From the NCBI RefSeq assembly GCF_009914755.1, contig NC_060926.1: 64,000 nt of DNA. One strand, 5' to 3'. This document shows, in pieces, positions 30,542-48,226 of this stretch. The stretch is from the human T2T-CHM13v2.0 reference genome, Homo sapiens. Under the pieces are notes generated by a model. That model saw only the letters and a list, made by a program, of their open reading frames with translations, was not told the origin of the DNA and did no database searches. A program made the translations under genes and the position numbers. Position 1 is the stretch's first letter, and every line of letters starts with the position of its first letter.

Positions 30542-31099
30542 TGATTTATTCTCTAATAGCGGACAGGATCAAAAGTTTGGCGACCCTTGCTGTGCACCAC
30601 TAGCAGGCAGTGGAGACAGATGAAAATACAGGTGTGGCAGCAAAGTTATGGGACCAGGTAGACGGGAAGGCAGGTGGGAATCACAGGTGTGAGAATTCAC
30701 AGGCCAAGGTGGGGAAACAGGTGAGGGCCTCTGGGGGTACATAGGGTTAAGTTGTTGAAGTGGCCAGAATCCCTGAGCCCAGGCAGCAGGAGCCCTGCTC
30801 GCATCTCCCATTGTAGCTGTGGCCTTGCTGGTCTGTCAGGTCTTGCGTTTATGGAACCACTGACGTGAAGACCTCAGTGGATTTGACACCGAGAGAGTGG
30901 ATTCATCATGGGGAGCTATTGCAGGAAGTGTGAGCCCTTGGGGGATTGTGGCTGAATGGACATTCCATGGTCGTCTTGATTTCCATCCAAATGAAAGTGG
31001 CCCAGTTTTAGTCCCGCACATCACTGATGATGCTCTTGTCAATACCACTGACGTTTCCCATGCACTGAAGTCAGTGGGCTCTTCTGTGGCTCCTCTCAT

Positions 31100-32345
31100 T
31101 GCATCTTTCAGCAACATCAGGCAAGGTTACCACACTCCCTCCCTCCTTCCTTTCTCCAGGGACTGCTGTATGCCTGAGGCTGTTCTAGGCCTTCAGGACA
31201 CAGCGTGGACTTTTGGAAACACTGTCCTGGCTTCCATTTCATTGAGTGACACCAATTCATTGCTCCTCCTTTGTCATTGACTGGAGTTTTGAATGGCAGG
31301 GCTCAATCCTGGGTCCCCTTCTTTTACTCTGAGATGCTTCCCCTTGGGAGAGTTTCTTTGGGCCCATGGTTTAACACCATCTATAAGAAATGACCTTGAA
31401 CTCCAGCCCAGACCCCTCTCCTGAGTTGCAGGCTCATGTATCCAACCGCCTCCTTGGCATTGCCACTTGCTGGGTACATAGGCATCTCAGAATGAAACTC
31501 TTAACCCCAGACTTGTTCCACTCCAGAATTCTCCATCTTAGTGAATGATATCACCATTTTCCCATCCTTCCTTTTTCTCATTTTTCATGTTGGCATCAGC
31601 AGTTCTGTCAGTTCTGCTCCTACAATACATCTGAAATCTGTCTTTTCTCCACCCTGCTGCCAGCACCCTGGTCCGTGTCACTGCCAGCTCTTGCTGTCGC
31701 CTCTGCAGTAGCTTCCTAACTGGGCCTTTTTGCTCCCAGCCTTGTCCCCACTCCCAACTACCCTCCTGGGTGGCAGATGACATCACCTGCCTGCTGAAAA
31801 CCCTGCAGTATCTCCCTTCTGTCTTAGACTGTCACCCAGTCCTTCCTGCCCTTTCCCTAGGGGCTGCGTGTCCTAGCTCCTTCCTATCTATCCAACCCAG
31901 CCCCATCCCATGCTCTCCATCCTGCTTGTTAGGCACGAGTCACATTGATTGTCTTTCACTTCTCTAGGCACATCCTGTTCCTTCCTGCCTCAGGACCTTT
32001 GCACTGTCTCTTCTATCTGCTTGCAGTGTTCTTCCATCGGCCCTTTGTCCCATGACCCAACTCATCACTTCTTCAGAGAGGCCATCCCTGATCACTCTTA
32101 ACTGTTTTAGGTCCCCTCAATCCCATATTCCTGTGTACTCCTCCATTGCACTTGTCACCGTCTATAATTACCCAGTTTATTCATTGGGTCTCCTTGTCTA
32201 GCTTCTTAGAGAACATATGCTCAGTAAGGACAAGAGCTTTGTCTCTCCCATTCACCTCTGCACTGCCAGTGGCTGAAAAGGTACCTGCCTCCTAGTAGTA
32301 CTCAGTAAATATTTATGGCTAGGATGGATCAGTAAGTGAATGCCA
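31100..32345 (+). mobile_element. L2 LINE 3' fragment
   Basis: ctccagcccagacccctctcctgagttgcag...atccaaccgcctccttggcat; ends with an L2-like ctcagtaaatattt...gtgaatg tail. Confidence 0.7.
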
Positions 32346-32534
32346 GCCCCTACCTATTAACTCTGAATCACTTTTCTAACCCGTGACTTCAGGAGGAATG
32401 TTATGGTTTTCTCTCCTTCATCTGAGTTTTCTTTGAGTTTTTTTAGGGAATTAAGTAACTTTTTATTCAAAATCAATTTTAAAAAATAGACTCTACCCTT
32501 TATAGGATGATCACTCTGAAATCCCATAAAGACT

Positions 32535-34870
<2,336 letters not shown>

Positions 34871-36435
34871 TAGGGACAAAATCTGTCCATCTCTGTTTGT
34901 CTAGAACTTTTCTGTATGTTTTCTCAAAATTAGAAGTGTGTTTTTGTGACAAGATGTGCAAACTATTTTAATACCCAAGGCTGTAGTTTGTCTTAGCTTG
35001 GAGATCTGATTTATTTCTAAAAGGTCAGTTACACCCTTACAACGACCACCTATTTTGCATTTCAAGTTCTTTACAATTTAATTTTACTTTTTAAAATTTG
35101 AAGCTTTTTTTTTTCTTTGGTAGAGAAGACTTGGGCTCACGTTTTTTTCCAGGGTGTTACGTGAAAATTCTCAAGGTGGACTACTAGGTTTAGCTGGAAT
35201 CAATCTGACAGTGTTCATATCATCAGTACCCTTTAAAAGAGTCATTGGAATTACATGATGATCTGAAAAGTTTAGGAGACAGACCCAGACAGCAGGGCAG
35301 CCTAATCCAATCATCCTTAAAAATCTGAACAGTCAGAATAGAACTGTAGCATACAGCCTGTTGGTCACAGGAACAAGAACTATTTGTTCATTTGCATCTC
35401 ACCAAATTCTTACATGCACTGATCCAACAAATGAGCCAAAACTTAGGCTCCAAAAATGTTCATTTTCGTCTTCTAAAACTCTGTAAAGTCTATCCAGGGT
35501 AGATACCTGTCTGAGTTTGTCCAGCTGACCAGTGCACGGGGTGGTGGAACCGAGTGTTGTTGCTTTCCCACTGTACACACTCATGGAATCCACAGTACCA
35601 CATGCTGTCAGGGCAATGGCTCCACACTAATCTTCCCTGTTATTGTTCCAGTTTTAGTGTATGTGCTACCAAAGCGAGCACCACCAGTATTTCTTTAGGA
35701 GGGATATCTAAATGGGAGTTGAAGGGAAAAGTGAACATATTTTAAATTTTAATACATTCTAATCTCCCTCCAAAAAGGCCTTGCAAGTTGGCAATCTTTT
35801 TAGTGGAATATGGTAATATGTGCCCTATATCACATACACACAGTATTCAGTCTTGACTTTTTGCCAGTCTGATGGCAAATACTCTCATCTGTCAGAATAT
35901 CTGATTTACGCCTCTGCCTGTTTCCATGAGACCAGGGGGGCTCTTGAAGGCAGGAACTGAAGGATTTTTTGGCCACATATTCAGGGGTCTGGTTCAGTGC
36001 CTGGAACATGGTAGTTGTAGAAATGACCAGTAGGAGAGCACTTGCGGCAGCATTCACCAGAAGGTGCTTCTGAATGTGGGTGTGCATGATGAATTCACTC
36101 TCCATCAGGGGCCATCGGGTACCAAAAACCAAAAACTGAACCATGATGATGGAAATCCTCACTAACATTTCACCAGCTGTTCTAGAGTTTTTAGAGTAGT
36201 GACAAATGTGTCTGTAAATGAAGAACTCTTACTTAAACTGCTGAGTCGAAATTCTAGTTTCTAAATCAATACGCAGTATACCGCACTGCTCAGGCAGTTT
36301 TCCTATTTGTGAAGGGTTTGGAAAGTGGGGCTGCTGACTTTATTTTTCTTAGTGACAGTATTTATTAAATGCCTGTTTCATAGTGAAGATGGTCTAGCTC
36401 ATGCTATACAGTGAAGTGAAGGCCTGGAGGAGTAA

Positions 36436-36824
<389 letters not shown>

Positions 36825-38254
36825 CTGTACATTGTTCTCAAATGTCAATTGTGCTCATTTCTTCCTCTGCCCTTCCACCACCATGGCCTTAATTCAGGCT
36901 TTCCTGGTTCATCGCCAGGACTGTTGCTGTCACCTCTTACCTGTGGTCCAATCTTTCTCGTTCTCATCCCTCTACCCCACCACCATAGTGAGTGATGCTC
37001 CACCTTGTGATTAAAGAGGTTCTCCTAAAATACAGAGCTTCTCATTCCTGGCATGACTCCCCACTACATGCAGGTTAAAATCTACCATTTTACCCTGAAG
37101 TCTGAGACCCATTGGGGCTTCAGCCTAACTTTCCCACGGTCTCCGCCTGCCTCACCTGCAAAGGCACCTGCTTGTGAGACCTGATGAACTTTTCGCAGGC
37201 CCATGAGCGACTGTGCCTTCTTGCCAAGCTGCCTTCTCATTGTCTGGCAAACCCCTGTTCACTTGACACACAGATCACGGCTCTCCTCTGAAAACCTTCC
37301 TGGTCACCCCCTTGTCTGTATATTCACAAGGCCTCTTCCCCATTGCATTGAAGAACAAACCCTCTATCTATTTGTCAGGCCTCCAAGAAGACTTACTAAT
37401 CAAGTGATTATTATGTATGATTTATTAGTTAGGTTAGCCCCATCACCCAGCACAGTGCCTGGCACATAAGAACTATGTGAATGAATGAATGAACTAATGA
37501 GCAAACAAATGAATTACAAATAGTCCCCGAGTTTTAGGTCCTTTCACTGGGACAAAGGGACATCATGATAATGAAGTAACTTGTATTTATAAAATTATTT
37601 TTACATTTAAACTCTTATCTCTTTTCTCATTTATATCTCCAGCTGGTCCTGTAAAATTAATAGAACAGGATCTTTAATGTCCATTCTGTAGACCCAAAGG
37701 GCTAAAACAAGTCCAGGGAGGAAGGGCGTGGGGCCCAGGCTGCTGACTGTGGGGATTGTGCTGGGCTCACAGGGGTTACTCTCAAAAGTCAGCTAGTTGC
37801 TGACTGTTCCCTTGTGTCTGCGTTTTGTAACATTATAAAAGAACTACGTAAAAACTTATTTTTAATTAATTTTTTTTTAATTTTGAGGAAGCTTTAGTTT
37901 GATACCTGAGTCCCTTCCAGTAATTCATGTATGAGGAACTAGGTGCTGAGGTCAGCTTTGGGGGGCCTTGTGCAGAGTAGCTGCCCCTGACATGCTGATG
38001 TAAATAAAGCAGTGAGTGTTCCCAGGGGACGCCATTCTATCTGAAATTGACCCCTAAGTAAACTTTGCCGACCCCTTCTACTGAGGGAATGCTAAGTGGT
38101 TTAAATAGCCGATTGTTTGGACTGCTTTGAGCAAGCATTGTTTATGGAACAGGAAGGTCATATGCCTTTTCCCTCTTGATACAAGTTTTTATTTTTCCTC
38201 TGTGTTGTATGAGCTTTCTTTAAGGGACATGAAAAGAAGTACTTTGTCTAAAGG

Positions 38255-38720
38255 ACATTATTCTGAGTGAACAAAGCCAATCTCAAAGGTTACGTGCTGT
38301 ACAATTCCATTTAGATAACATTCTCAAAAGGACAAAATTTTGCTAATGGAGAACATATCAGAACAATTTCAGGGGTTAGGTTTGGGGGTAGGATGTTCTA
38401 TAAGGGGGTAGAAGAGGGAGCTTCTTTTTGGCAATGGAACAGTTCTGTAGCCACAAATCTGTACCTGTCATAAAATTGCATAAACCTATACACTCATTCT
38501 TCCCCCCAAAATAAAACAAAGCAGAAACTGGTAAAATCTTAATAAGGCCTGTGTTTTAGTTAATAATATTGTACCAAAGTCACTTTCCTGGTTTTGATCA
38601 TTATACCATGGTTATGTAAGATCTTATCATTGGGTAAAGCTGGGTGAAGGATGTACAGTAACTCTGCTATTTTTGCAACTTCTTGTAAGTCTAAAGTTAT
38701 TTCAAAATAAAAAGTTTCTT
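38255..38720 (+). mobile_element. L1MC-type 3' end
   Basis: ctgagtgaacaaagccaatctcaaaggttac...ttttgcaacttcttgtaagtctaaagttatttcaaaataaaaagttt. Confidence 0.7.
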
Positions 38721-38834
38721 TTTTAAAGAATTTTATCATGGGCAAAACCAAATCCCAAAATAAAGAGCAGAACTGCAAAGAGCTTTAGCTTCATGGTGTT
38801 CAATGGTGGAGTGCTTTATAAGTTAGTGGGTAAG

Positions 38835-39073
38835 CATGTTCTCACTCATAGGTGGGAATTGAACAATGAGAACACTTGGACACAGAAAGGGGAACATCAC
38901 ACACCGGGGCCTGTCATAGGGTGAGGGGAGGGGGGAGGGATAGCATTAGGAGATATACCTAATGTAAATGACGAGTTGATGGATGCAGCAAACCAACATG
39001 GCACATGTATACATATGTAACAAACCTGCACATTGTGCACATGTACCCTAGAACTTAAAGTATTAAAAAAAAA
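38835..39073 (+). mobile_element. Severely 5'-truncated L1PA (about L1PA4/5) 3' end
   Basis: catgttctcactcataggtgggaattgaacaatgagaac...cctagaacttaaagtattaaaaaa; 15-bp TSD aagttagtgggtaag at 38820-38834 and 39074-39088. Confidence 0.93.
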
Positions 39074-39606
39074 AAGTTAGTGGGTAAGAGCTCTAGCTTT
39101 GGCATGTAGACTGATGCCACTTTGCTGTCATGTATCCCTGGGCAAGTTACTCAACTTCTGTATATAAAATAGGGATAATAGCAGTGTCTACTACATAAAA
39201 CATTTATGAGGTTTCAGTGAAATAATGAATGTAAAGCCCTTGGTACCAGGATTGCCTATAGGAATGATTGAAATGCTACCTATTATATTTTTTGTGTTGT
39301 TATTTTTATATGCAATAGTTACTAACTCATTGTCAATTTTGACCTGCCTTTCTGTTAACAGTGGTGGGCTTGCGTTGATCTTTCAGGCTTTTCTTTTTTA
39401 AAAAATACACATTTTATATTTAAATCCACATCTAGGAAACAGCTAAGCTAGCTTTTGTTTTAGTTAGCTGGATATAATTATTAATATCCTTGTAATAACA
39501 GAAACAACAGTAATAACTAGAATTTATACAAATTAGTTCATAATGCCCACAGTACTTTCTGTAAAGAATTACTTTGAATCACATAGCAAGCTGTGATAAT
39601 TAGGCA

Positions 39607-39812
39607 GTTTTGTTGTTGTTGTGTTTAGAGACAAGGTCTTCTCTGTCACCCAGGCTGATGTGCAGTGGCGTGATCTCTACTCAATGTAACCTCAAAACTC
39701 CTGCACTCAAGCAAATCCCCCTACCTCAGCGCCCCAAGTAGCTAGGACTACAGGGATAAGAAGCTTTTTTCAAATTTTTTGTAGGACGGGATCTCACTAT
39801 GTTGTCCAGGCT
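39607..39812 (-). mobile_element. AluJ fragment
   Basis: Degenerate antisense Alu. Confidence 0.8.
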
Positions 39813-39828
39813 AGTTAGGCATTTTTAA

Positions 39829-40168
<340 letters not shown>

Positions 40169-40184
40169 GAGACCTGCCTTCTTA

Positions 40185-40682
40185 AGGTCTATTCTCCATG
40201 TGGCCGCTGGAGCAATCCTGATACAAGTCAGATCATATCAGCCCTCTGCTCAGAGCTCTGGGTTTTCTACCCAACTCAGAGAAAAAGGCAAAAGGCCTCT
40301 CCCACATGTTGCCTCTGCCTAGAACCTCCCCAGGCCCCCGAGTATCAACTTGGCCCATTTCCTCACTCCTACTCTTTCCTCAGAGGCCATTTCTCAAGGA
40401 ACCACCTCTGATACCCCCCCGCCCATCATTTAAAATTACAGCTTGCTTCCCCACCCATCCTGACCCTCTGATCGTCTTCTGTTTTTCCATAGTACTTATC
40501 ACCTTCTAATATATCATACATCTTACTTATCAAGGTTATTATTTATTGCCCATTTCTCCCCCTGAAAATGTGAGCTCTATAAGGGTGGGGATCTTGGTTT
40601 TATTCATGGATATATCCCAAGTTTCTGGAAAAAATGTCTGGCTTGTAGTACATACTCAGTAAATATTTGTCAAGTCGATGAA
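40185..40682 (+). mobile_element. L2 3' end fragment
   Basis: aagtcagatcatatcagccctctgctcagag...tgtgagctctataagggtggggatc...actcagtaaatatttgt. Confidence 0.65.
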
Positions 40683-42369
40683 AGCAGAGCAGATAGAGAG
40701 GTCCAAGTTAAGAAGCTACCTCACTTATGCAGCATGATCTTCCATTTGTTGCTTCCTTTGGTAGAAAGATGGACACTAGGGAAAAAAGAAAAAGAAGGGA
40801 CAGAATTGTTTATCTAGTTAATTTGCGGGATTGCTTAATCCAGAACTCAAAGAACTGGCTCAACTGTGCTCTTAGGAGTTGCTCCCTCAGCAATTCGGAT
40901 TGTCCTTCTCTCAAGGGAACATCCTGTTACTGAATGTTCCTTAAAAATATCTGTCAGAGCTGTGTCATAAATATCTTTTCTCAAACCAGCAGAGGACCAA
41001 GCAAGAGGGGCGTGAACCATCATAATGGAGTTGGGTGAAAAGGAGAAATTGCTCTAAGAGGGACGACCTACCCACTAGAAGAGGAGTTGGCTCAGGAGAT
41101 TGTGGGGGTTCCAGTGCCCGGGGCCATTCAGGATAGAGTGGGTGGGAGGGTGGAGACTTAGGGAGTTGGATGCTTTTTCTCCCTGGAAAGTCACAAGGGT
41201 TTGGGGCTGTAAATGTCAAGGTCTATTCCAGTCTGGTAGTTACTGTTCATCCACACAGAGAGAACTGGCGAGTGAGAGGGAGCTGTCTTCTCCTAGTGTA
41301 CACTCATTGCTATGGTCAATCCAGGCTTATAAACGAGTGTCTAGTTGGGAAGCCAGTGCCATTAAGCCATTAAAGTTTAGCTGAAAAATTAAGCAAAGAA
41401 GACTATATTTGGCCCTAAGTGCTGTCTGGTTTTGGAGAAATTTACCTTTGGTTTGAACTAGTTTCCTCTTCTCTCTACTGGTATCTCTTTGGCCTATGGG
41501 CACCAACCACCTGACCTTGTACACTGTTTTAATACATTGTGTGGTTACTGCCAGGCAATTCAGACTTGGTGTAGGTGTCTTGTGCTAGGACATTTGCTAT
41601 AGATTGTTTTTTTGACCTTGGGTGCACTATGAAAAGAAACACACAGGAGAAATGACTGTCCATTTGACCTGAAGTCATGTTCTGTGATAATGTTTCCCTT
41701 TCAGCATTAATAAACCTGTTAGGACTAAAGATCACTGGGCCTGAAATCTGCTACTATAGGATCCTACTATAGGTTCTATAACTGGATAATGGATCTCAGT
41801 GAAATAAACCTCCGGTTTTACCACAGGGCTGGCTCTTCCCCTTATGACAAGTTTGGAATGTAATTTTGTAGTTTGTATTCAAGGGTTTCCTAAGAGTTTT
41901 GATAATAATTGAAGTCAAATGACTAATTTTAAACTGCCAATGTCTCCTCCAATATATAAAAAAGATAAGTTAGTAACTCCCTGTATCTTCTGATTGAGCC
42001 AAGGCCAATTTTTCTAAATATAAGCCAGGTTTTGCAAGTTCATGCAGCCTGGTGGTTGAAATGGGCATATCACTTGGGAGCTTAGGATCTGGAAGGTTAA
42101 AAGTGATGCCAAGGCATGAAAATCAAAGTGTTAAAGGCCTCACTGTGAAACAGTGATCAGCAGAGCATGGACCCCTTAGTGGGATCAGTGTCTCCATCCT
42201 CATCCTATATGTATCTTCTTTCTTAAAATCAATGCTTGACAACGTGCCCAAAGTCCAGTTACTTCGCCAGTTCTCCCTTTCCACCTCCCTATTTTCCTTT
42301 CATCTCTTCCTTGCATTACAAAAGAAAAAAGACCTCTCTTGCTTGTCTGGAATCACCACTATGAAGCAT

Positions 42370-43525
<1,156 letters not shown>

Positions 43526-44101
43526 TTACATTGTTTTGATTAATTGCATCCTAATAATGAGTATAATCAATTCAGAAGAAAATATTTTTGCAATTTCAAG
43601 GTATATATATGTTTTTGTTGCCAATAAGTTCCCATGGTTTAAGCAAAAACTTTCAAATGTGTACCATTAAGATGAAATTCTTGGGGCTGGTAGAAGAGTC
43701 ATGGTGGAAAACTTGCTGCTGGGGAAGAGTCGTTACAGTGGGTGTTGGTGTCAAGATATTCAAGGTACCTCAAATTACATTTTTTGAAGATGTTTAAATT
43801 ACGAAAAATTTAAGGATGCAAACTTCAAAATGTGTCAGAGTCCACGTATATTTTTCAAAATTCTCTAGGAGTAATACAAGCAGAAGATATAAAGACCCCG
43901 AGGCAGAGTATCACAGGGATCCTTTTATAGATGTGTGTGTAATGGGTGTGAGAGAAATATTCCTCCTCAGTGCAATAAATATTTTCTAATTCACTACACA
44001 AACTAGTAGCAGTTTCATGCCTCACTTGAGAAGAAGTGACCAAAATATGAAAGTAGATGGCTTCTACCAGGAGTTTTTGTTTCTTAGCACTTTAAATTTT
44101 C

Positions 44102-44403
44102 TTTCTTTTTTTTTTTTTTTTTTTTTTTGAGATGGAGTCTTGCTCTGTCGCCCAGGCTGGAGTGCAGTGGTGTGATCTCGGCTCACTGCAAGCTCCGCCT
44201 CCCAGGTTCAGCCATTCTCCTGCCTCAGCTTCCCGAGTAGCTGGGACTACAGGTGCCCGCCACAACGCCCGGCTAATTTTTTTGTATTTTTAGTAGAGAC
44301 AGCGTTTCACAGTGTTATCCAGGATGGCCTCAATCTCCTGACCTCCGCCCGCCTCAGCCTCCCAAAGTGCTGGGATTACAGGCATGAGCCACCGCACCCG
44401 GCC
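44102..44403 (-). mobile_element. AluY
   Basis: TSD ttttaaattttc. Confidence 0.93.
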
Positions 44404-45174
44404 GGCGTTTTAAATTTTCAAGAGAATTTAATTAAGCAATCCAGCTTAGGGTTTCCTCCCATCTGAGGGAAGTATTCCTCGTCTTTGAAAATTAAGATAC
44501 TGTGAAGTAGCAGTCAAATCCTCTCCATAATACCATGTTATTTTTGAAGAAATGAAAGGTTACCACCGAATCATAGGACAGAGATGTATGGGTTTGCTTT
44601 TCCCTGAGGGACCCGTGTGTAGTCAGGGAAACGCAGACACTGGTGACAACCTTCCATCTAGATGGAAAATAACAAAAACCCACCAGCACTGATTTTCTTT
44701 TTTATGCACATTTAACCCCTCAGGAGAAGCACTAATATAAAAAGGATCAGACATGCATTTTTTCTACAGCGTCTCTCAGTCACAGCTCTCTGCCATGTAG
44801 TGACCACTTGGCTGCAGCCGGGGCGCAGTCGTGGCCATGCAGACATCCGACCAGGAACAGCTTTTCTAGGCTGATGCCTGCTGTGCTTCCCTCAGCAAGT
44901 TTTTTTCCCTTTCATTCTTCAAATATTTTATTACTGTTATTAGTGATAAGCTTTGAGTTTAAAAATATCTGATGGAAAATTTCCTACACATGTAGACAGA
45001 AGACACAAAATAAGCTTTTCTGCCAAGAAGCAAATGGTGGCATATTTTCAACAATTTTATGAAGATACTACTGTATGTCAGATGATGTTTCTGTGTGCCA
45101 CAGATATAGAAGTTTCCAGATTCAACTACATAGTAAATACTTGTATAGTTGTAATTCTAAAAAATAACCATTCA

Positions 45175-45462
<288 letters not shown>

Positions 45463-45791
45463 TTTCAAATTTTAGGATTGTTTTAGACTTATAGAAAAAC
45501 ACTGGGGATAATACAGTGATTTCCCATAAACCCCACCCCCACTTTCCCCTATCGTTAGCATTTTACATTGGTGTGGTGCATTTGCTACAATTGATGAACC
45601 AATACGGATACATCATCATTAACTAAGGTCCATACTTTAGTGATATTTCCTTAGCTTTTTACCTCCTGTCCTTTTTCTGTCCCAGGATCTCATCCAGGAC
45701 ACCACATTGCATTTAGTCATCTATGTCTTATTAGGCTCCTCTTGGCTGTGACAATTTCTCAAACTTTCCTTGTTTTGAATGACCTTGACAG

Positions 45792-46756
45792 TGAAGGGGT
45801 GGGTTGCTCCTCCACACCTGTGGGTGTTTCTTTTTAGGTGGAACGAGAGACTTGGAAAAGAAAAAGACACAGAGATAAAGTATAGAGAAAGAAATAAGGT
45901 GGCCCAGGGGACCAGTGTTCAGCATATGGAGGATCCTGCCGGCCTCTGAGTTCCCTTAGTATTTATTGATCATTCTTGGGTGTTTCTCGGAGAGGGGGAT
46001 GTGGCAGGGTCATAGGATAATAGTGGAGAGAAGGTCAGCAGATAAACACGTGAACAAAGGTCTCTGCAACATAGACAAGGTAAAGAATTAAGTGCTGTGC
46101 TTTAGATATGCATACACATAAACATCTCAATGTCTTAAAGAGCAGTATTGCTGCCGCATGTCCTACCTCCAGCCCTAAGGCGGTTTTCCCCTATCTCAGT
46201 AGATGGAACATACAATGGGGTTTTATACGGAGACATTCCATTGCCCAGGGATGGGCAGGAGAGCAATGCCTTCCTCTTGTCTCAACTGCCAAGAGGCGTT
46301 CCTTCCTCTTATACTAATCCTCCTCAGCACAGATCCTTTACGGGTGTCGGGCTGGGGGACGGTCAGGTCTTTCCCTTCCCACGAGGCCATATTTCAGACT
46401 ATCACATGGGGAGAAACCTTGGACAATACCTGGCTTTCCTAGGCAGAGGTCCCTGCGGCCTTCCGCAGTGTTTGTGTCCCTGGGTACTTGAGATTAGGGA
46501 GTGGTGATGACTCTTGAAGCATGCTGCCTTCAAGCATCTGTGTAACAAAGCACATCTTGCACAGCCCTTAATCCATTTAACCCTGAGTTGACACAGCACA
46601 TGTTTCAGGGAGCACGGGGTTGGGGGTAAGGTTACAGATTAACAGCATCTCAAGGCCGAAGAATTTCTCTTAGTACAGAACAAAATGGAGTCTCCTATGT
46701 CTACTTCTTTCTACACAGACACAGTAACAATCTGATCTCTCTTTCTTTTCCCCACA
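45792..46756 (-). mobile_element. HERV-K(HML-2) LTR5 solo LTR, full length (965 bp)
   Basis: Minus strand begins TGTGGGGAAAAGAAAGAGAGATCAGATTGTTACTGTGTCTGTGTAGAAAGAAGTAGACATAGGAGACTCC and ends CAACCCACCCCTTCA. Perfect TSD GACAG at 45787-45791 and 46757-46761. Confidence 0.95.
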
Positions 46757-47312
46757 GACAGGTTTTAGGTATCACTGGTCAGGTGTTTTGTAGAATGTCC
46801 CACAATTTAGAACTGACTGGTATTTTTTTCATCATTAGCCTGGGGTTTTTTTGTTCTCGGGAGGAAGGCCATAGAGGTGAAGTGACATTTTCATCACCTG
46901 TTTCCAAGGGTACATTCTGTCAACATGATATAGCACTTGATCATCTGGCTCAGGTAGTTTGTCAGTTTCTCCACTCAAAAATTTTCTTTCTTTTTTTTTT
47001 TTGCTCTTTCCATAATGTACTTGTTGGAAGGAGTCACTGTATGCAGCCCATTAAGGAGTGGGGAGTTATGCTCCACCTCTTTGAGGGCAGAATATCCAAT
47101 AAACTATTTGGAATTATTCTGCAAGAAGGTTTGTCTATTCTCTCCAATTTATCTAATTATTTGTTGATATCAGTAGAGACTCCTGGATATTTTTTTCTTC
47201 TTTGGGTTATAATCCAAAGCTACTTTATTTTCCTGCTCAAATTGTTCCAGCTTTGGCCATTGGGAACTCTTTGAGTTAGCTGCTGTGTCTCTTTGACATG
47301 CCCCATCATTGT

Positions 47313-47314
<2 letters not shown>

Positions 47315-47361
<47 letters not shown>

Positions 47362-47381
47362 GCATGTGTGTGTGTGTACGT
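47315..47381. repeat. Compound (TG)n(CG)n(TG)n microsatellite
   Basis: Read directly. Confidence 0.95.
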
Positions 47382-48139
47382 TGTGTGTTGTGTTTGTTTT
47401 ATATTTTACTCCAGACTTATATATTTCCTGCTCCAATCTGAGAATCAGCCATTTCTCCAAGGAGCCCTGGTTCCATTTATTGGAGAATGGCATTAGAAAA
47501 CAAGATCTGGCTAACTTGTCTTCCTATTTAAAATTAATAAATCAATTTTTTAAAGATGTCTTCAAACCTCTGAAATGATAGAATTTTTCATTTAGCACTA
47601 GTGTCTTCTCTTCGATTAGTTATAACGCCTTGCATTTATATGATGCATCCTTGTGAATTGACCAGTTTTTACTATTAAAAAAGGATTCATTACAACACAT
47701 CATCTGAGATTTTTAAACTGTGGCTTTTATTTTGCTATTTCTGGTATTCTGAAATATGCATAGCATAGTGGCCCTGTATGTACTGGGGGGTTAGGCAGCA
47801 GGATCAGGTGAGCCTCAGAACCCACTTTCCTTGATATTGGGGCTAGCGATTTGCAGTAAAAATCTAAATGATCCTGCTTTATTACCTAATGTCTCACCAT
47901 TCAGGATCTGAATAAATGAAAGCAGCTGCCTTTTGGGCCCATGGCTACCTTGCTCTTGGTGCCTTGGGTTTAATCCCAGGTTTGTTTCTCCATAGCTAGC
48001 ACACCTTTTAAATTAACTTTGCACTAATGCCCAAAAGCCATGAACCAAGAAATAAAATAATACAAAGACAACCATAGAATTGTAGTGAACAGCAGCCTGT
48101 TTCTCTGCTGCTGGTCTCATGAGTCTCCTTCCATTCCAG

Positions 48140-48226
48140 GCCTGACGGAGATGGCGGTCTTCAGTTGTGAGGCCCACAATGACAAAGGGCTGACCGTGTC
48201 CAAGGGAGTGCAGATCAACATCAAAG
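48140..48226 (+). CDS. MERTK: MERTK exon 5 (87 bp; end of Ig2)
   Basis: Acceptor ccttccattccag|GC and donor AAAG|gtaagc. Translates (G)[28 protein letters not shown](A). Confidence 0.97.

Larger units (their letters stand above)
45465..47510 (-). mobile_element. L1MC-type 3' region, split by the LTR5 insertion
   Basis: ttgatgaaccaatac...attaactaaggtccatac, continuing after the LTR to ccatttctccaaggagccctggttcc. Confidence 0.7.

Noticed and set aside
45792-46756. SVA element or HERV-K provirus
   Set aside because: There is no SVA VNTR, hexamer or poly(A) tail and no gag/pol/env. Both LTR termini plus a 5-bp TSD show a solo LTR.
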